Counted from the first letter of the whole stretch, positions 46,125-57,099 are shown. The stretch: DNA of 62,882 bases, filler included, from an uncultured Methanosarcinales archaeon (GCA_964397315.1; 6 parts of 6 records of this genome joined end to end with filler, not necessarily neighbours in it), one strand, 5' to 3'. The notes: a model not told the origin generated them from the letters alone. Numbers and translations: made by a program.

Positions 46125-46224
46125 NNNNNNNNNNNNNNNNNNNNNNNNNNNNNNNNNNNNNNNNNNNNTTAATTAATTAANNNNNNNNNNNNNNNNNNNN
46201 NNNNNNNNNNNNNNNNNNNNNNNN
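46125..46224. other. Artificial contig linker
   Basis: N-run / TTAATTAATTAA / N-run. Confidence 0.99.
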
Positions 46225-46301
46225 CTAAGAAAATATGGAATATTTTCTGTTGTTGCAGTTTTCGGCTTTGTGGAAATAAAAATATCAAAACATTCCTCCT
46301 C

Positions 46302-47207
46302 TCATGCTTTCTTCTTTATTCTCACGCTCTGCTCTATGATGTGCTTGTAGTCATATTCTACGGAAATGTCAAGCTGTTTTGTGTACATGGTGTCTTCTTC
46401 CATAGGCTCTTTCAGCTTGCACCTTATGGTGCCCCTTCCGTCAACAAGCCTTCCTTGGTTTTCCTCCCCTCCCATCTTGCACTCCCATGCCTGCGGATCT
46501 GAAGTGTCATCCAGGGAGAAGAGTATCTTTCCGTATCTTGTGTCAAAGTCCTCTCCGGGGGTCGTGACCTGGCCCCCCCCTACATTCTCAACCTCAAATT
46601 CAACTGCGATGATGTTTGCTCCTGCCCTTGTCTCTTTCACATTTTTGACCTGTATGGGGGCGCCTGATGAGAAAGCCTCTTTCTTCCCCTCCAGCTTGCA
46701 TACGGTTTCGTCTTCAGGCTCTGTGTTGAAGCAGACCCTGGGCACGGCCACGTGAGTAGCATAAGGATACCTGTAAGATGCGAAGAATGTGGCATCATAG
46801 TAGGATCCTTTCAGGTCAACGCTGTACTCCGCATCCCCGAAATCGACTGTCTCCTCCCCTCCATGAGGGTTGAACTCTGAGATTGCCTCCAGCTCCTCCT
46901 CGTTGGTAGCCTCAAAAACTATGCCTGTGTAATCATTAGGAGAGATGCCCTTTAGGGTTATAATGACCTCTCCGGCCCCCACCTTTTCCTCTCCTTTATT
47001 CTTCAATGTGATCTCCACGGGAAATTTCTCGTTCTCGTAAATAGATGCTATGCCATCCTCTTTAACGCCGAAAGGCTCAAAGCCGGCAACAATTCCCTGA
47101 GAGCCCCCCTCATAAGGTGACTCAGTTGGCTGCTGCTTTTGCTCTTGTTCACAGCCCACCATCAGCATCATCACGGTTATGATCAATATTGCAAGTGCTT
47201 TTCTCAT
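46302..47207 (-). CDS. Putative lipoprotein, paralog 4 of the Cys-rich surface family
   Basis: MVGC lipobox; LKNKG, YPYAT, SSGAPIQV, NVGGG, YDY. Confidence 0.8.
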   Translation of the reverse strand: MRKALAILIITVMMLMVGCEQEQKQQPTESPYEGGSQGIVAGFEPFGVKEDGIASIYENEKFPVEITLKNKGEEKVGAGEVIITLKGISPNDYTGIVFEATNEEELEAISEFNPHGGEETVDFGDAEYSVDLKGSYYDATFFASYRYPYATHVAVPRVCFNTEPEDETVCKLEGKKEAFSSGAPIQVKNVKETRAGANIIAVEFEVENVGGGQVTTPGEDFDTRYGKILFSLDDTSDPQAWECKMGGEENQGRLVDGRGTIRCKLKEPMEEDTMYTKQLDISVEYDYKHIIEQSVRIKKKA

Positions 47208-47221
47208 TTTGATACCTCCAT

Positions 47222-48154
47222 TTAATCTGTTCCAGGAATCCTGTATATGTCTGTCCTGCCCTGTATTGATGTCCTGTAGCCGTAGAACAGCTCTATGTTA
47301 AGGACTGTAAGGTATGCCTCATCTCCGAGGTCTCCTTCATAAGAGCATACTGCTATGCCCTTTCCATTGACAAGGCGCACTGTCTCGGGCTCGCACCTGA
47401 GGTTTTTGTTGCTGAACTTTGCCCTTACCTTCACCTTGTCTATATCATCTCTCTTAAGGCGCTTGTGGCATTCTGAGATAGGAGCATTGTCGCTTATTAC
47501 TGTTCCTCCTCCAACATTTGAGATGTGGGTCCTGAACTGAACCCTGTTCTTTGATGTTGTCTCCTCAACATGAGTCACTGCCACAGGAGCTCCCTGTGTT
47601 CCAAAACTCACATCATGCACAGTGCACACTTTTTCCTGTGGGGCGATGCTGAAAGGGTCTGGATCAATGCATACCTCCTTGAACGCCTCTGTCTTGTACT
47701 CATAGCATGCTGTGACCAGGAATTTTGGAGAGTATACATCAACATGAGTGGGCATGCTCACTGCAGGGTCATTGAACTCAAATGTTTTTGACAGCTCTCC
47801 AAGAGGGTTGAACTCGCTCTTGCCTTTTGCATTCAGGTCAAGCATGTATTCCCTGGTGAAGGTTATATAGCTCTTGTCATAACCGCTTATGTAGAGGTGG
47901 CCGTTGGTTATGTCATAAGCCCCCTTGTTTGAGTATTCCACTACAATGCTCAGGGGGTCTCCCTTGTAGACAGACTCAGGAGGAGAGCCTGGCAGAAATC
48001 TTAATGTCAGCCCCTGGCTTCCTGTGTGATACTCTCTCTGCTGGATTTCCCCCTCCCTTGGGTTCCCCCTTGAGCCAGGAGAGCATGAGGATAGGGCGAA
48101 AAGAATGAGTATTAGGAATGAGAATATTATATGCTCTTTTTTGACCAGCCTCAT
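47222..48154 (-). CDS. Putative lipoprotein, paralog 3
   Basis: LSSC lipobox; NKGAYDI, ACYEYKT, VCIDPD, QGAPVAV, NVGGG, YGY. Confidence 0.8.
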   Translation of the reverse strand: MRLVKKEHIIFSFLILILFALSSCSPGSRGNPREGEIQQREYHTGSQGLTLRFLPGSPPESVYKGDPLSIVVEYSNKGAYDITNGHLYISGYDKSYITFTREYMLDLNAKGKSEFNPLGELSKTFEFNDPAVSMPTHVDVYSPKFLVTACYEYKTEAFKEVCIDPDPFSIAPQEKVCTVHDVSFGTQGAPVAVTHVEETTSKNRVQFRTHISNVGGGTVISDNAPISECHKRLKRDDIDKVKVRAKFSNKNLRCEPETVRLVNGKGIAVCSYEGDLGDEAYLTVLNIELFYGYRTSIQGRTDIYRIPGTD

Positions 48155-48213
48155 TTTGTTACTTCCTAATATTGAATTCTATATAAATTTTTTCGTTTTT
48201 GCCTGCTCAGAGC

Positions 48214-49233
48214 TTATTCAGCCATTATATTCCTTATTATGATGTCTTTTGATATTGTTTCTGTGTAGCCGTAGGAGAGGCTTATGAACAGGGGCGTGGT
48301 GTAGGTTGTGGTTTCAGAATCGCTTATCTTCCCTGGCTCAAGGGTGCATCTCGTCTTTCCCTCACCCGCCCTGAGTTTTATTCTTTCAGGATAACATTTT
48401 ATCTCGCCGTCTGTCTTCTTAAAGGTGGAGAACCTGACTTCCTCAACATCAACAACATTAAGGTCCTCATAGCTTACAGGCCCAGCGGAGCACATCTCAC
48501 GCACAAGTTCCTTGTCAAAAACCCTTCCTTTTCCTGCATTCCTGACGTGTATCAGGAATTGGGGCCTTACTGAGCCTTCTGAAAGCTGTATGTTTTCCTC
48601 AACCTTGAACACCTCCACTGGAGCTCCCTGCCCTCCTGAGGATGATATGTCGCTCACTGTGCAGGTCTTTTCAGATGGCCTTGTGTTGTAGACATCAGTA
48701 TCCACACATACCTCTTCTGAGAATTCGGTTCTGTACTCGTAGCATGCTGTGGCAGAGATGGTTGACCTGTGCTGGCTGCTTTGGGGCTCCAGGGGCAGGG
48801 CTTCCATGCTGGCGATAACTATATTTTCCTCTCCGTACGGGCTTGTCTGCGACCTGCCGTTGAGGGAGAATATTGCTTTTTCACCAGCAGCCCCCACCTG
48901 GGTGGTGTCAGAGTCCAGCCCTCTAATGCGAAGATAATCCCTCTCAAGGCCGAAAACAAGGTATCCTGATATGATGTCATACGCTCCCTTGTTTTGAAGC
49001 TGAATCCCTGCCTTGAAGGGGGTTGTGCTTCCCTGCTCAGGAGCGTAAATCTCTGATTGGGGCGCCCCCGCCATAAAACTCATGGAAAGCCCCTGCGTTC
49101 CCCTGAACTCAGAAATCCCTCTGCTGTCCCCGCTTCCAGAAGAGATGAGCGAGCACCCTGAAAGAAGCATAATAATTATTAACACAGCTATTAATGAATA
49201 TGCGCGCCAGGGAGCATCCTGCTTTTTTTTCAT
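48214..49233 (-). CDS. Putative lipoprotein, paralog 2
   Basis: LSGC lipobox; NKGAYDI, ACYEYRT, VCVDTD, QGAPVEV, NAGKG, YGY. Confidence 0.8.
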   Translation of the reverse strand: MKKKQDAPWRAYSLIAVLIIIMLLSGCSLISSGSGDSRGISEFRGTQGLSMSFMAGAPQSEIYAPEQGSTTPFKAGIQLQNKGAYDIISGYLVFGLERDYLRIRGLDSDTTQVGAAGEKAIFSLNGRSQTSPYGEENIVIASMEALPLEPQSSQHRSTISATACYEYRTEFSEEVCVDTDVYNTRPSEKTCTVSDISSSGGQGAPVEVFKVEENIQLSEGSVRPQFLIHVRNAGKGRVFDKELVREMCSAGPVSYEDLNVVDVEEVRFSTFKKTDGEIKCYPERIKLRAGEGKTRCTLEPGKISDSETTTYTTPLFISLSYGYTETISKDIIIRNIMAE

Positions 49234-51332
49234 TGTTCATCCTCCTCGTCAAGGGTTGACTCTTTTATTGTTAGGGGGGTTTCCTTTTTTAGCTCGTAAA
49301 CATAGTCTGCAGACGCCTTGAAGTAGTGCGTTGTCAGGGGGGACGAGCCTAAAGCTGCGTTTGCATTGTCAACCTTTATCTTGCAGTTGAAAGAGTGGAA
49401 TGTCTTTATCTCATCCAACCCCTCCCTTCCTTTCTTGCCTTCTGAGCTCCGCGCCTGCAGGCGGTAGATGGTGTCATATTTTCCATCCTCGCACTCCTGG
49501 CCGCTGCAGGACTCAGGCTTTATGTTGTGGTCGCAGAAGGATATTGACATTGATGGAGGTACTTTGATTATGAGGTCGTTTATCTCATTTATGCTTCCCT
49601 CCCACCTGTTCCTGAGGGTTATTCCCAGGCGGAGCTCGTTCTTCTCTGACGGATCCAGGTTCAGGCCGGTTAATGCCTGGGTTATCTCCATGTTCACCTG
49701 CACAGGCCCGTTTGTTGAGACTGACAGAGGGCTCTTGTCCGTGATTCCATAGGTTATGAGGGGGTCCTTATTCTCTCTTCTCGCTGCTCTCAGCCTGCCC
49801 TGCTCCATGAAATAGGATTTCAGGTAAGAATGGGTGTCAAAGTTGAATGTTGAGAGGAAATACGCGCTCCACTGGCCGTCCTCAAGCTCGCTAGGAGAGA
49901 ATTCACAGCTCACGTCCTTCTCCTCCATGACTGTGACTGTCATCTCAAACTCATCATTCGGGCCTGTAGGATCAGCATCCCCTTTTACCTTTTTTTCCTC
50001 CTCTGCAAGCTGGTGGGCGTAACAGGAGGTGGATATGTGTATCTCTTCATCAGGGTTCAGGGTTCTTGCTTTTATGGTGCCCCAGACAACCACAGACTCG
50101 TCCTCGTAGAACTCTGTGTTGGCTGCTTTGACATCCTCAAGATACACCCCTATGGGCTTGTCCTGGTTTTCATCAACCATTCCTGTGTAATAGTCTCCTG
50201 TAGCGTGCTGTATGCTTGTCTGTATGCCTCCTGTAATAAGCTTAGGTATTGAGGCTATGCCTCCCCAGATTGTCAGGAGGTTGTTTTTTATTGTGCTGAA
50301 CATATATCTTATGGCATTTAATATTTCAAAATCAGACCTCCCCAGATTAAGATCAGTGGCAAGAGCAGAGTATATTGTGGGAAGGGCCAGCACAATCCAG
50401 AGACCCACAAATATTATTCTCACCCACTTGAAGAAGGTGGTCTGGGGTGATATTCCGAAAGCGACAACAACCGGCCAGACTGGAATGCACATCAGCACAA
50501 TGATTGTTGTGAGCTTCATCTCATTGGACACAGGTATCTCAATCAGGAGGCTGACAACTAGCGGCAGGAAAAACGCAAGCGCAGAAACTGCCAGGGGCTT
50601 CTCAAGGGACTTAAGGCCCGCACCTGCACCCCCATAAAGAGCAAACCATGCATAGAGCATCAGGAAAACATAAAGACCGAACCTCAAACCAGTTATTCCC
50701 CTGTTGCCCTGGCCGAAATTATGGAAGATGTCAACTATATGCACGGCAAGGGCCACCAGAAAGAACCAGAACGCGCTTTCTGTAACCTTTACAGGCGCTG
50801 CTGCCAGAGCAGACATTCCTGAAGCAGCTCTCCTTGCTGCGCCCCCCACATTAACATCCCTGTTCATTGCTCTGCCTGCTGCAGCTCCTGCTTTTTTGGC
50901 TCCCCTGCCCGCCTTTTTTGACCATGTATCAGAATTCTTTTTTTCCTGCTCCTCCATATCTTTCAGGTGTTTTCTTTTCTCAAACTCGCGCTTGGCCTCT
51001 TCCCCTGCAGTCATTCTTCTCTCCTGTTCAGCATTTCTCTCTTCTCCCTGGGCATCTTCCATGCTCTCCCTTTCCTCTTTTATGTTCTTCTCCTCCTCTG
51101 CCATGCTTTTTTTAAGCTCCCCTGCCCTTTTCCAAAAGCCGGGGTCTCCTGCGGCTGCTTCTGGCGCTGCTGTTGCCTCTCCCACAACTTCAGCTGTTTC
51201 AAAAGGGTGTCTTGCAGCAGTTTTTTTTGCTGCTTCTGCTTTGTCTTTCAGGCCTTCCTCCTCAAATCTCTTGTCCGCCCTTTCTTTGATCCTCCCCAGA
51301 CCCCCATCACTATTCCCCTGTTTGCCTGCCAT
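49230..51332 (-). CDS. Multi-pass membrane protein: charged N-terminal region, about five TM, C-terminal domain related to the lipoproteins
   Basis: FNFDT, STNGPVQV, NRWEG, FNC, YVY in the same order as the lipoprotein motifs. Confidence 0.78.
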   Translation of the reverse strand: MAGKQGNSDGGLGRIKERADKRFEEEGLKDKAEAAKKTAARHPFETAEVVGEATAAPEAAAGDPGFWKRAGELKKSMAEEEKNIKEERESMEDAQGEERNAEQERRMTAGEEAKREFEKRKHLKDMEEQEKKNSDTWSKKAGRGAKKAGAAAGRAMNRDVNVGGAARRAASGMSALAAAPVKVTESAFWFFLVALAVHIVDIFHNFGQGNRGITGLRFGLYVFLMLYAWFALYGGAGAGLKSLEKPLAVSALAFFLPLVVSLLIEIPVSNEMKLTTIIVLMCIPVWPVVVAFGISPQTTFFKWVRIIFVGLWIVLALPTIYSALATDLNLGRSDFEILNAIRYMFSTIKNNLLTIWGGIASIPKLITGGIQTSIQHATGDYYTGMVDENQDKPIGVYLEDVKAANTEFYEDESVVVWGTIKARTLNPDEEIHISTSCYAHQLAEEEKKVKGDADPTGPNDEFEMTVTVMEEKDVSCEFSPSELEDGQWSAYFLSTFNFDTHSYLKSYFMEQGRLRAARRENKDPLITYGITDKSPLSVSTNGPVQVNMEITQALTGLNLDPSEKNELRLGITLRNRWEGSINEINDLIIKVPPSMSISFCDHNIKPESCSGQECEDGKYDTIYRLQARSSEGKKGREGLDEIKTFHSFNCKIKVDNANAALGSSPLTTHYFKASADYVYELKKETPLTIKESTLDEEDEQ

Positions 51333-51357
51333 GATTCCCTCTTCCAAAAGAACTAAC

Positions 51358-52539
51358 CTACTGCTCTTCCAGCACTACCTTAAGCTCTACAACATCAAGG
51401 GTTGTCTTGGGCCGTATCTCAACAACATTGTTCCCTTCCCTCATGTAGGAGTCTATGTTCAGGGAGTACCCTGATTCCTGCGTGTTGAGGCCTGCCTTGT
51501 GGGTGTTCACTATGATCTCTGCCTTCTTGTCCTCTATATCATCAGGGAACATAAGGTAAAGCACTGCGTCCAGCTTGTTTTCAAGCACATCCTCGTGTAT
51601 GCTTTCGTTCATCTCAAAGTAATAGGTTGGGTAGGTCAGTTCCTTCAGCTCTGACTTCACAATAAGGTTGTCTATAAGGTATTTTCCTCTTGAAGTCTTG
51701 AATATGAGGGTGTTCTCGTCGCTAAGCAGGTAGTGGGGGGATATCTCAAGAGACCTTAGCACCCCACAGTCAGGCACAGAAGAGAATATCTCGTTGTTGT
51801 TCAGGTATATCTGAAGAGGCCCAACCCCGCCAACATCACAGTCAGGGAAGAACTTGAGGAAAACCCTGTCAAGATTGTTCTTCTCTGTGTTTGACACCTG
51901 AAACGCCACTTTTGATTCCTGGCTGCTCTTGTCAGTAACAGAGCCTGTTATCTTTATGTTTTCAAGGGTGTACTCGTTAGTTCTCCAGAATTTCCAGCCA
52001 ACTCCTGAGACCATTACCTCAATGAAGTTCTCATCCTCCAAATGCCGCTTAGGGAGGGGTATTGGCTCAATATTGGATGTTTTTATTTCGCTGGAGTATA
52101 GCTCCCTGCCGTTAAGCTTGAGCGTAAGCTTTCCTGAAGCCTCTTTTACATTAAAGACAAGGTTAACATTGTCTGTGTTCTCAAGGTTCTCTATGGGAAA
52201 GCTTATGTTGTAAAAGCTCTTGTCAAACCATGCGTTCTTTACATAAACAGAGTGTCTTGACTCAAAAACCACATCCTTTGTTGTGGTGTAAAGGTTCACT
52301 GACGGCAGTGTATGCTCTATTTCCTTCTGGGAGAGGTAATCAAGCCTGCCTGGACTTTCCTTAAGGATTGTGGCGTTTCCGCTTACCGCGCTGCTCTCTC
52401 CGTCCTCTGTGGCATTGCCCTCAAGAAGCGCCTCTCTTTCAGCAGGCGGAAGAAAAAGGATGTACATGACTATAAGGGCGGCGATTATAGCGACAAGTAT
52501 GGCTGCTCCTGCACCGCTGGCTTGTCCTCTTTTAGGCAT
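51358..52539 (-). CDS. Large pilin-like protein (class III signal peptide-like)
   Basis: MPKRG|QASGAGAAILVAIIAALIVMYILFLPP, then repeated beta-rich domains. Confidence 0.72.
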   Translation of the reverse strand: MPKRGQASGAGAAILVAIIAALIVMYILFLPPAEREALLEGNATEDGESSAVSGNATILKESPGRLDYLSQKEIEHTLPSVNLYTTTKDVVFESRHSVYVKNAWFDKSFYNISFPIENLENTDNVNLVFNVKEASGKLTLKLNGRELYSSEIKTSNIEPIPLPKRHLEDENFIEVMVSGVGWKFWRTNEYTLENIKITGSVTDKSSQESKVAFQVSNTEKNNLDRVFLKFFPDCDVGGVGPLQIYLNNNEIFSSVPDCGVLRSLEISPHYLLSDENTLIFKTSRGKYLIDNLIVKSELKELTYPTYYFEMNESIHEDVLENKLDAVLYLMFPDDIEDKKAEIIVNTHKAGLNTQESGYSLNIDSYMREGNNVVEIRPKTTLDVVELKVVLEEQ

Positions 52540-52611
52540 CCTTGACCCCTGTTCCTTTTTAATAGTCAAAACAAATAGCTTTATATATAAAAGTTTTTCT
52601 ATTTTAAGCAT

Positions 52612-53667
52612 ATGAAGCTTGTGTATTCTGATTTAAAGCAGGGCAGAGTCAAGGCGGGAATTGACAGCATTGATGACCTCTGGTATCTCAGCACCATAAT
52701 AGAAGCAGGGGATGTTGTTGAGGGAAAGACTGTCAGGAAGATGAAATTTGGAGGGGAGGAAAAGCAGAAGGCAGAGAGAAAAAAGGTGTTTCTTAAGATC
52801 AGGGTTGAGAAGGTGGAGTTTGAGGCAGAACAGAGATCTCTCAGGGTGCTGGGAACTATAGAGGAAGGGCCTGATGATGTGCCTCTTGGCAGCCATCACA
52901 GCTTTGACCTCAGGCCAGGGGATTCAATCACCATAACAAAGGAGAAGTGGCTCGGCTTTCAGAAGAAACGCCTGGAGGAAGCGGCAAACGATGTTCATTC
53001 AAATATCCTTGTGGTTGTCATGGACAGGGAAGAGGCATACCTCGCCCTGCTGAAAAAATCAGGCTATGATGTTCTTGCTGTTCTGAAGGGGGATGTTGCA
53101 AAGAAATCAATTGAGCAGGAGAAAAACAGGAACTTTTACGAGGAGATAATCAAGGCTGTGCAGGAGTATGACAGAAAATATGATTTTGAAAGCATAATAA
53201 TCGCATCCCCCGCTTTCTGGAAGGAAGAGCTGATGAAGAACATTAAGGATGAGGGATTAAGGAAGAGGATTGTTCAGGCAACCTGCTCAAGCTGTGATGA
53301 GAGGGCCATAAGCGAGGTGATGAAGCGGCCGGAAGTTAACACTGTCCTAGAGAAGGACAGGGCCACCCGCGAGATACGGCTTGTTGAAGAGCTTCTTAAA
53401 GAGGTCTCAAGAGGGGGCTTGTGCGCTTACGGGATTGATGAGGTCAGGGCTGCGGCAGAGGCTGGAGCAGCAGAGACCCTCCTGCTCACAGACAGGTTCA
53501 TACACCAGGCAAGAGAGAAAGGGGAGCATGATAAAACAGAAGCGGTTATGGCGGCTGTTGAGAAGAACAAGGGAGAAATGCACATAATCTCCTCAGACCA
53601 TGATGGAGGGAAGCGGCTTGACGGCCTCGGAGGAATCGGCGCTGTCCTCAGGTACAGGGTAAAGTAG
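52612..53667 (+). CDS. pelA: mRNA surveillance protein pelota
   Basis: DDLWYL..II..GD, LRVLG.I, LGSHH, YG..EV, LGGIGAVLRY. Confidence 0.96.
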   Translation: MKLVYSDLKQGRVKAGIDSIDDLWYLSTIIEAGDVVEGKTVRKMKFGGEEKQKAERKKVFLKIRVEKVEFEAEQRSLRVLGTIEEGPDDVPLGSHHSFDLRPGDSITITKEKWLGFQKKRLEEAANDVHSNILVVVMDREEAYLALLKKSGYDVLAVLKGDVAKKSIEQEKNRNFYEEIIKAVQEYDRKYDFESIIIASPAFWKEELMKNIKDEGLRKRIVQATCSSCDERAISEVMKRPEVNTVLEKDRATREIRLVEELLKEVSRGGLCAYGIDEVRAAAEAGAAETLLLTDRFIHQAREKGEHDKTEAVMAAVEKNKGEMHIISSDHDGGKRLDGLGGIGAVLRYRVK

Positions 53668-53853
53668 CTTAAAACAGAAATGACAGAAAGGGTGTGTTCC
53701 CTGTTGCTGATTCATTCCCTGACAGGATATCCTTGACAGGGTAATCAAGATTAATGAAATAAGGGTCTCGCCCCTTTTAGAAAACAGCAGATTAAGCTGA
53801 ATTAAAAGATGGTTTTAAAAAAATTTATATAGAAAGAGAGGAAAGAGCGTGAT

Positions 53854-55845
53854 ATGGCAGACCAGGAAGAAAAACCTTCCGGAGACGCAGAAGCTCCCTC
53901 CGGCAATGAGCGCTTTGCTCCTTCTGAGGATTTCAGGAAGAACGCCCTCATAAAGAGCATTGAGGAATATGAAAAAGAGCATTCACGCTCCCTGGAGGAT
54001 CCTGACTCCTATTGGAGGGAAAAAGCAGAACAGCTGCACTGGTTCAGCAGGAATGAGGAAAGCAAGAACAAGGGCATATTCTCATGGGACAGGAAGGAGC
54101 ACACCTGCAAGTGGTTTGAAGGCTGGAAGCTCAATGTCTGCTATAACTGCCTTGACAGGCACCTTGAAAGCAGGGGTGACAAGACCGCTCTCACATGGCA
54201 GGGAGAGCCTGAGGGAGACGTGAGAAAATTCACCTACCGGGAGCTCCACAAGGAAGTGTGCAAGTTTGCCAATTCCCTGAAATCCCTCGGAGTCAGCAAG
54301 GGAGATAGGGTATCAATATACCTTCCGATGATACCCGAGCTTGCGATATCCATGCTTGCGTGCGCTAGAATAGGCGCTGTGCATTCTGTTGTTTTCGCTG
54401 CCTTCAGCCCTTCCGCGCTCAGGAACAGGATTGAGGACTGCGGGGCAAAAGTTCTGGTAACATCTGACGGAAGCCTGAGGAAAGGAAAAACCCATCCGCT
54501 AAAGGATGATGCAGACGAGGCTCTAAGCAGCGGATGCAAGACAATAGAGAAGGTTGTTGTGGTGAAAAGAGCAGGAAACATGACAGAGATGGATGATGAG
54601 AGGGACGTTTGGTGGCATGCCCTGGTTGAAAACTCTCCAGAAGAGTGCGAGCCAGAGATAATGGACGCAGAGGATCCCTTATTCATATTATACACAAGCG
54701 GAACAACAGGAAAGCCAAAGGGAGTGATACACGCGTCAGGAGGCTACCTCTTATATGTATACCAGACATTCAGGTGGATTTTTGACATACGGGAGGAAGA
54801 TGTTTACTGGTGCACTGCAGACATAGGATGGATAACCGGACACAGCTACATCCTTTACGGTCCAATGGCAAACAGCGCAACCACACTCATGTTTGAGGGG
54901 GTTCCAACATACCCCGAGCCTGACAGGTTCTGGAAGATTGTTGAGGACTTCAAGGTCAGCATATTCTACACAGCTCCGACAGCAGTGAGGTCTCTTGCAG
55001 CACTCGGAAGGGAATGGCCTGAGAAGCACGACCTCAGCAGCCTGCGCCTTTTGGGAAGCGTGGGCGAGCCCATAAACCCAGAGGCATGGAAATGGTATTA
55101 TGAGGTTATAGGAAAGAAAAAATGCCCTATTGTTGACACATGGTGGCAGACAGAAACCGGGGGCATACTGATATCCCCCCTGCCCGGTGCCATGCGCCTC
55201 AAGCCAGGATGCGCAATGAAGCCTTTTCCGGGAGTGGAGCCAGCAGTCCTGAGAGAGGACGGCGCAGAAGCGGAAGCTGGGGAGAGCGGCTTTCTTGTCA
55301 TAAGAAGGCCATGGCCAAGCATGCTCAGGGACATATACAAGGATCATGAGCGGTTCAAGGAAACATACTTCAGCAAGTTCAGGGATGTTTATTTCACAGG
55401 AGACGGAGCTAAAAAGGACAAGGATGGCGATATATGGATAATGGGGAGAATAGATGATGTCATCAATGTCTCGGGCCACAGGATAGGGACTGCAGAAATT
55501 GAAAGCGCGCTTGTATCGCATAAAGATGTTGCTGAAGCAGCAGTTGTGCCAAGACCCCACGACATAAAGGGCAGCGTAATCTATGCTTTTGTTACGCTTA
55601 ACAAGGGAGCTGAGAAAAGCGGGGAGCTCAAGAAAGAGCTGATCAAGACTGTTGAGAGGGAGATCAGCAAGATAGCAAGACCTGAACACATCCAGTTTGC
55701 AGATGCCCTCCCAAAAACAAGGTCAGGCAAGATAATGAGGAGGATCCTGAGAAAAATAGCAGAAGGCTCCAGTGATGTGGGGGACACATCAACTCTTGCT
55801 GATGAGGGTGTTGTGAAGGATCTTCTGGAAGGAAGAGTTGACTAA
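53854..55845 (+). CDS. acsA: Acetate--CoA ligase (AMP-forming)
   Basis: [57 protein letters not shown]. Confidence 0.97.
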   Translation: MADQEEKPSGDAEAPSGNERFAPSEDFRKNALIKSIEEYEKEHSRSLEDPDSYWREKAEQLHWFSRNEESKNKGIFSWDRKEHTCKWFEGWKLNVCYNCLDRHLESRGDKTALTWQGEPEGDVRKFTYRELHKEVCKFANSLKSLGVSKGDRVSIYLPMIPELAISMLACARIGAVHSVVFAAFSPSALRNRIEDCGAKVLVTSDGSLRKGKTHPLKDDADEALSSGCKTIEKVVVVKRAGNMTEMDDERDVWWHALVENSPEECEPEIMDAEDPLFILYTSGTTGKPKGVIHASGGYLLYVYQTFRWIFDIREEDVYWCTADIGWITGHSYILYGPMANSATTLMFEGVPTYPEPDRFWKIVEDFKVSIFYTAPTAVRSLAALGREWPEKHDLSSLRLLGSVGEPINPEAWKWYYEVIGKKKCPIVDTWWQTETGGILISPLPGAMRLKPGCAMKPFPGVEPAVLREDGAEAEAGESGFLVIRRPWPSMLRDIYKDHERFKETYFSKFRDVYFTGDGAKKDKDGDIWIMGRIDDVINVSGHRIGTAEIESALVSHKDVAEAAVVPRPHDIKGSVIYAFVTLNKGAEKSGELKKELIKTVEREISKIARPEHIQFADALPKTRSGKIMRRILRKIAEGSSDVGDTSTLADEGVVKDLLEGRVD

Positions 55846-55976
55846 AAATCTCAAACACGGCTTTCTCGGGGTCTCTGAAGCACAAGAGCATTTTAAGCTA
55901 GATGTCTCTTATTACTTTACAGTAGACAAGCACTTCCCAGGGTTTTTATGTCTCAACAAGGGTGAAAAACCGTAAC

Positions 55977-55996
55977 ATATTAATAGTAGTACTACT
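55977..55996 (+). promoter_or_regulatory. TATA box followed by perfect palindrome (putative operator) upstream of trmB
   Basis: ATATTAAT then AGTAGTACTACT (55985-55996). Confidence 0.5.
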
Positions 55997-56051
55997 TTTT
56001 GGGTTACTGAACAGGTAAGAAAAACCTGTAAAAAAAGAGGGGGTAGTTAAA

Positions 56052-56867
56052 ATGATAGTAAAGGACGAATTTTTAAACAACTTAAGAAGGTATTTCTCTC
56101 TTAACCTGTACGAGGTTAAGATATGGGCTGCTCTTTTGAGCAGGGGTGTTTCTACTGCTGGTGAGCTTTCTGATATTGCTAATGTTCCGAGGTCAAGGTC
56201 TTATGATGTTCTGGAAAGCCTGGAAAAGAAAGGCTTTGCAGTAACCAAACTCGGCAAGCCGATTAAGTATATTGCTGTGCCTCCTGAGGAGGTTGTTGAA
56301 AGAGTTAAAAAGAACATGAAAACAGAGGCAGACGAGAAGGTCAAGCGGCTTGAAGATCTGAAGGGCACAGCGGTTATAAACGAGCTGAACACCCTTCACT
56401 CTCAGGGTGTTGACCTTGTGGAGCCCTCAGACCTGTCAGGCTCTCTGAGGGGAAGGCACAACCTCTACAACCACCTTGAGCTTACCATAAGGAATGCAGA
56501 GCAGGCAGTGACAATGATGACGACAAGCCAGGGCCTGCTCAGGAAAGCAGAGGGTTTCAAGCCAACCTTTGAAAAGCTTAAGAAAAAGGGAGTTAAGATA
56601 AGAATAGCCGCGCCCCTGACTAAAGAGGCTGCTCCTGCGGTAAAAGAGTTGTCAGGAGTCGCGGAAGTGCGGCACACTAATTCAAAAGGAAGGTTTGCTA
56701 TTGTTGACGGGAAAGAGGTTGTCTTTATGGTCTTAAACGACCAGGAGGTGCATCCCACCTATGATGTGGGCATATGGGTGACAACCCCCTTCTTTGCTTC
56801 AGCAATGGAAAGCCTCTATGATCATGCCTGGAAAAGCATGAGCCCAGCAAAAAGCGCTCTTAAATGA
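56052..56867 (+). CDS. TrmB family regulator (TrmBL2-like)
   Basis: LNLYEVKIWAALL...TAGELSDIANVPRSRSYDVLESLEKKG; C-terminal RFAIVDGKEV. Confidence 0.92.
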   Translation: MIVKDEFLNNLRRYFSLNLYEVKIWAALLSRGVSTAGELSDIANVPRSRSYDVLESLEKKGFAVTKLGKPIKYIAVPPEEVVERVKKNMKTEADEKVKRLEDLKGTAVINELNTLHSQGVDLVEPSDLSGSLRGRHNLYNHLELTIRNAEQAVTMMTTSQGLLRKAEGFKPTFEKLKKKGVKIRIAAPLTKEAAPAVKELSGVAEVRHTNSKGRFAIVDGKEVVFMVLNDQEVHPTYDVGIWVTTPFFASAMESLYDHAWKSMSPAKSALK

Positions 56868-56978
56868 GTGCTCTTTGCCGTTTATTTTTTCTGTTTTATT
56901 CTTTATATTCCTGTTTAAGCAACTGAATAAGTCCGAAATTAGTTCTCACTTCTGCAGGATATAGGTCATTTTTAAACT

Positions 56979-57078
56979 NNNNNNNNNNNNNNNNNNNNNN
57001 NNNNNNNNNNNNNNNNNNNNNNTTAATTAATTAANNNNNNNNNNNNNNNNNNNNNNNNNNNNNNNNNNNNNNNNNNNN
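56979..57078. other. Artificial contig linker
   Basis: N-run / TTAATTAATTAA / N-run. Confidence 0.99.
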
Positions 57079-57099
57079 CTTCAGTCGGAATTATATTTA

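Noticed and set aside
53717..53741. Imperfect inverted repeat upstream of acs
   Set aside because: Single copy with mismatches; cannot distinguish operator from terminator or chance
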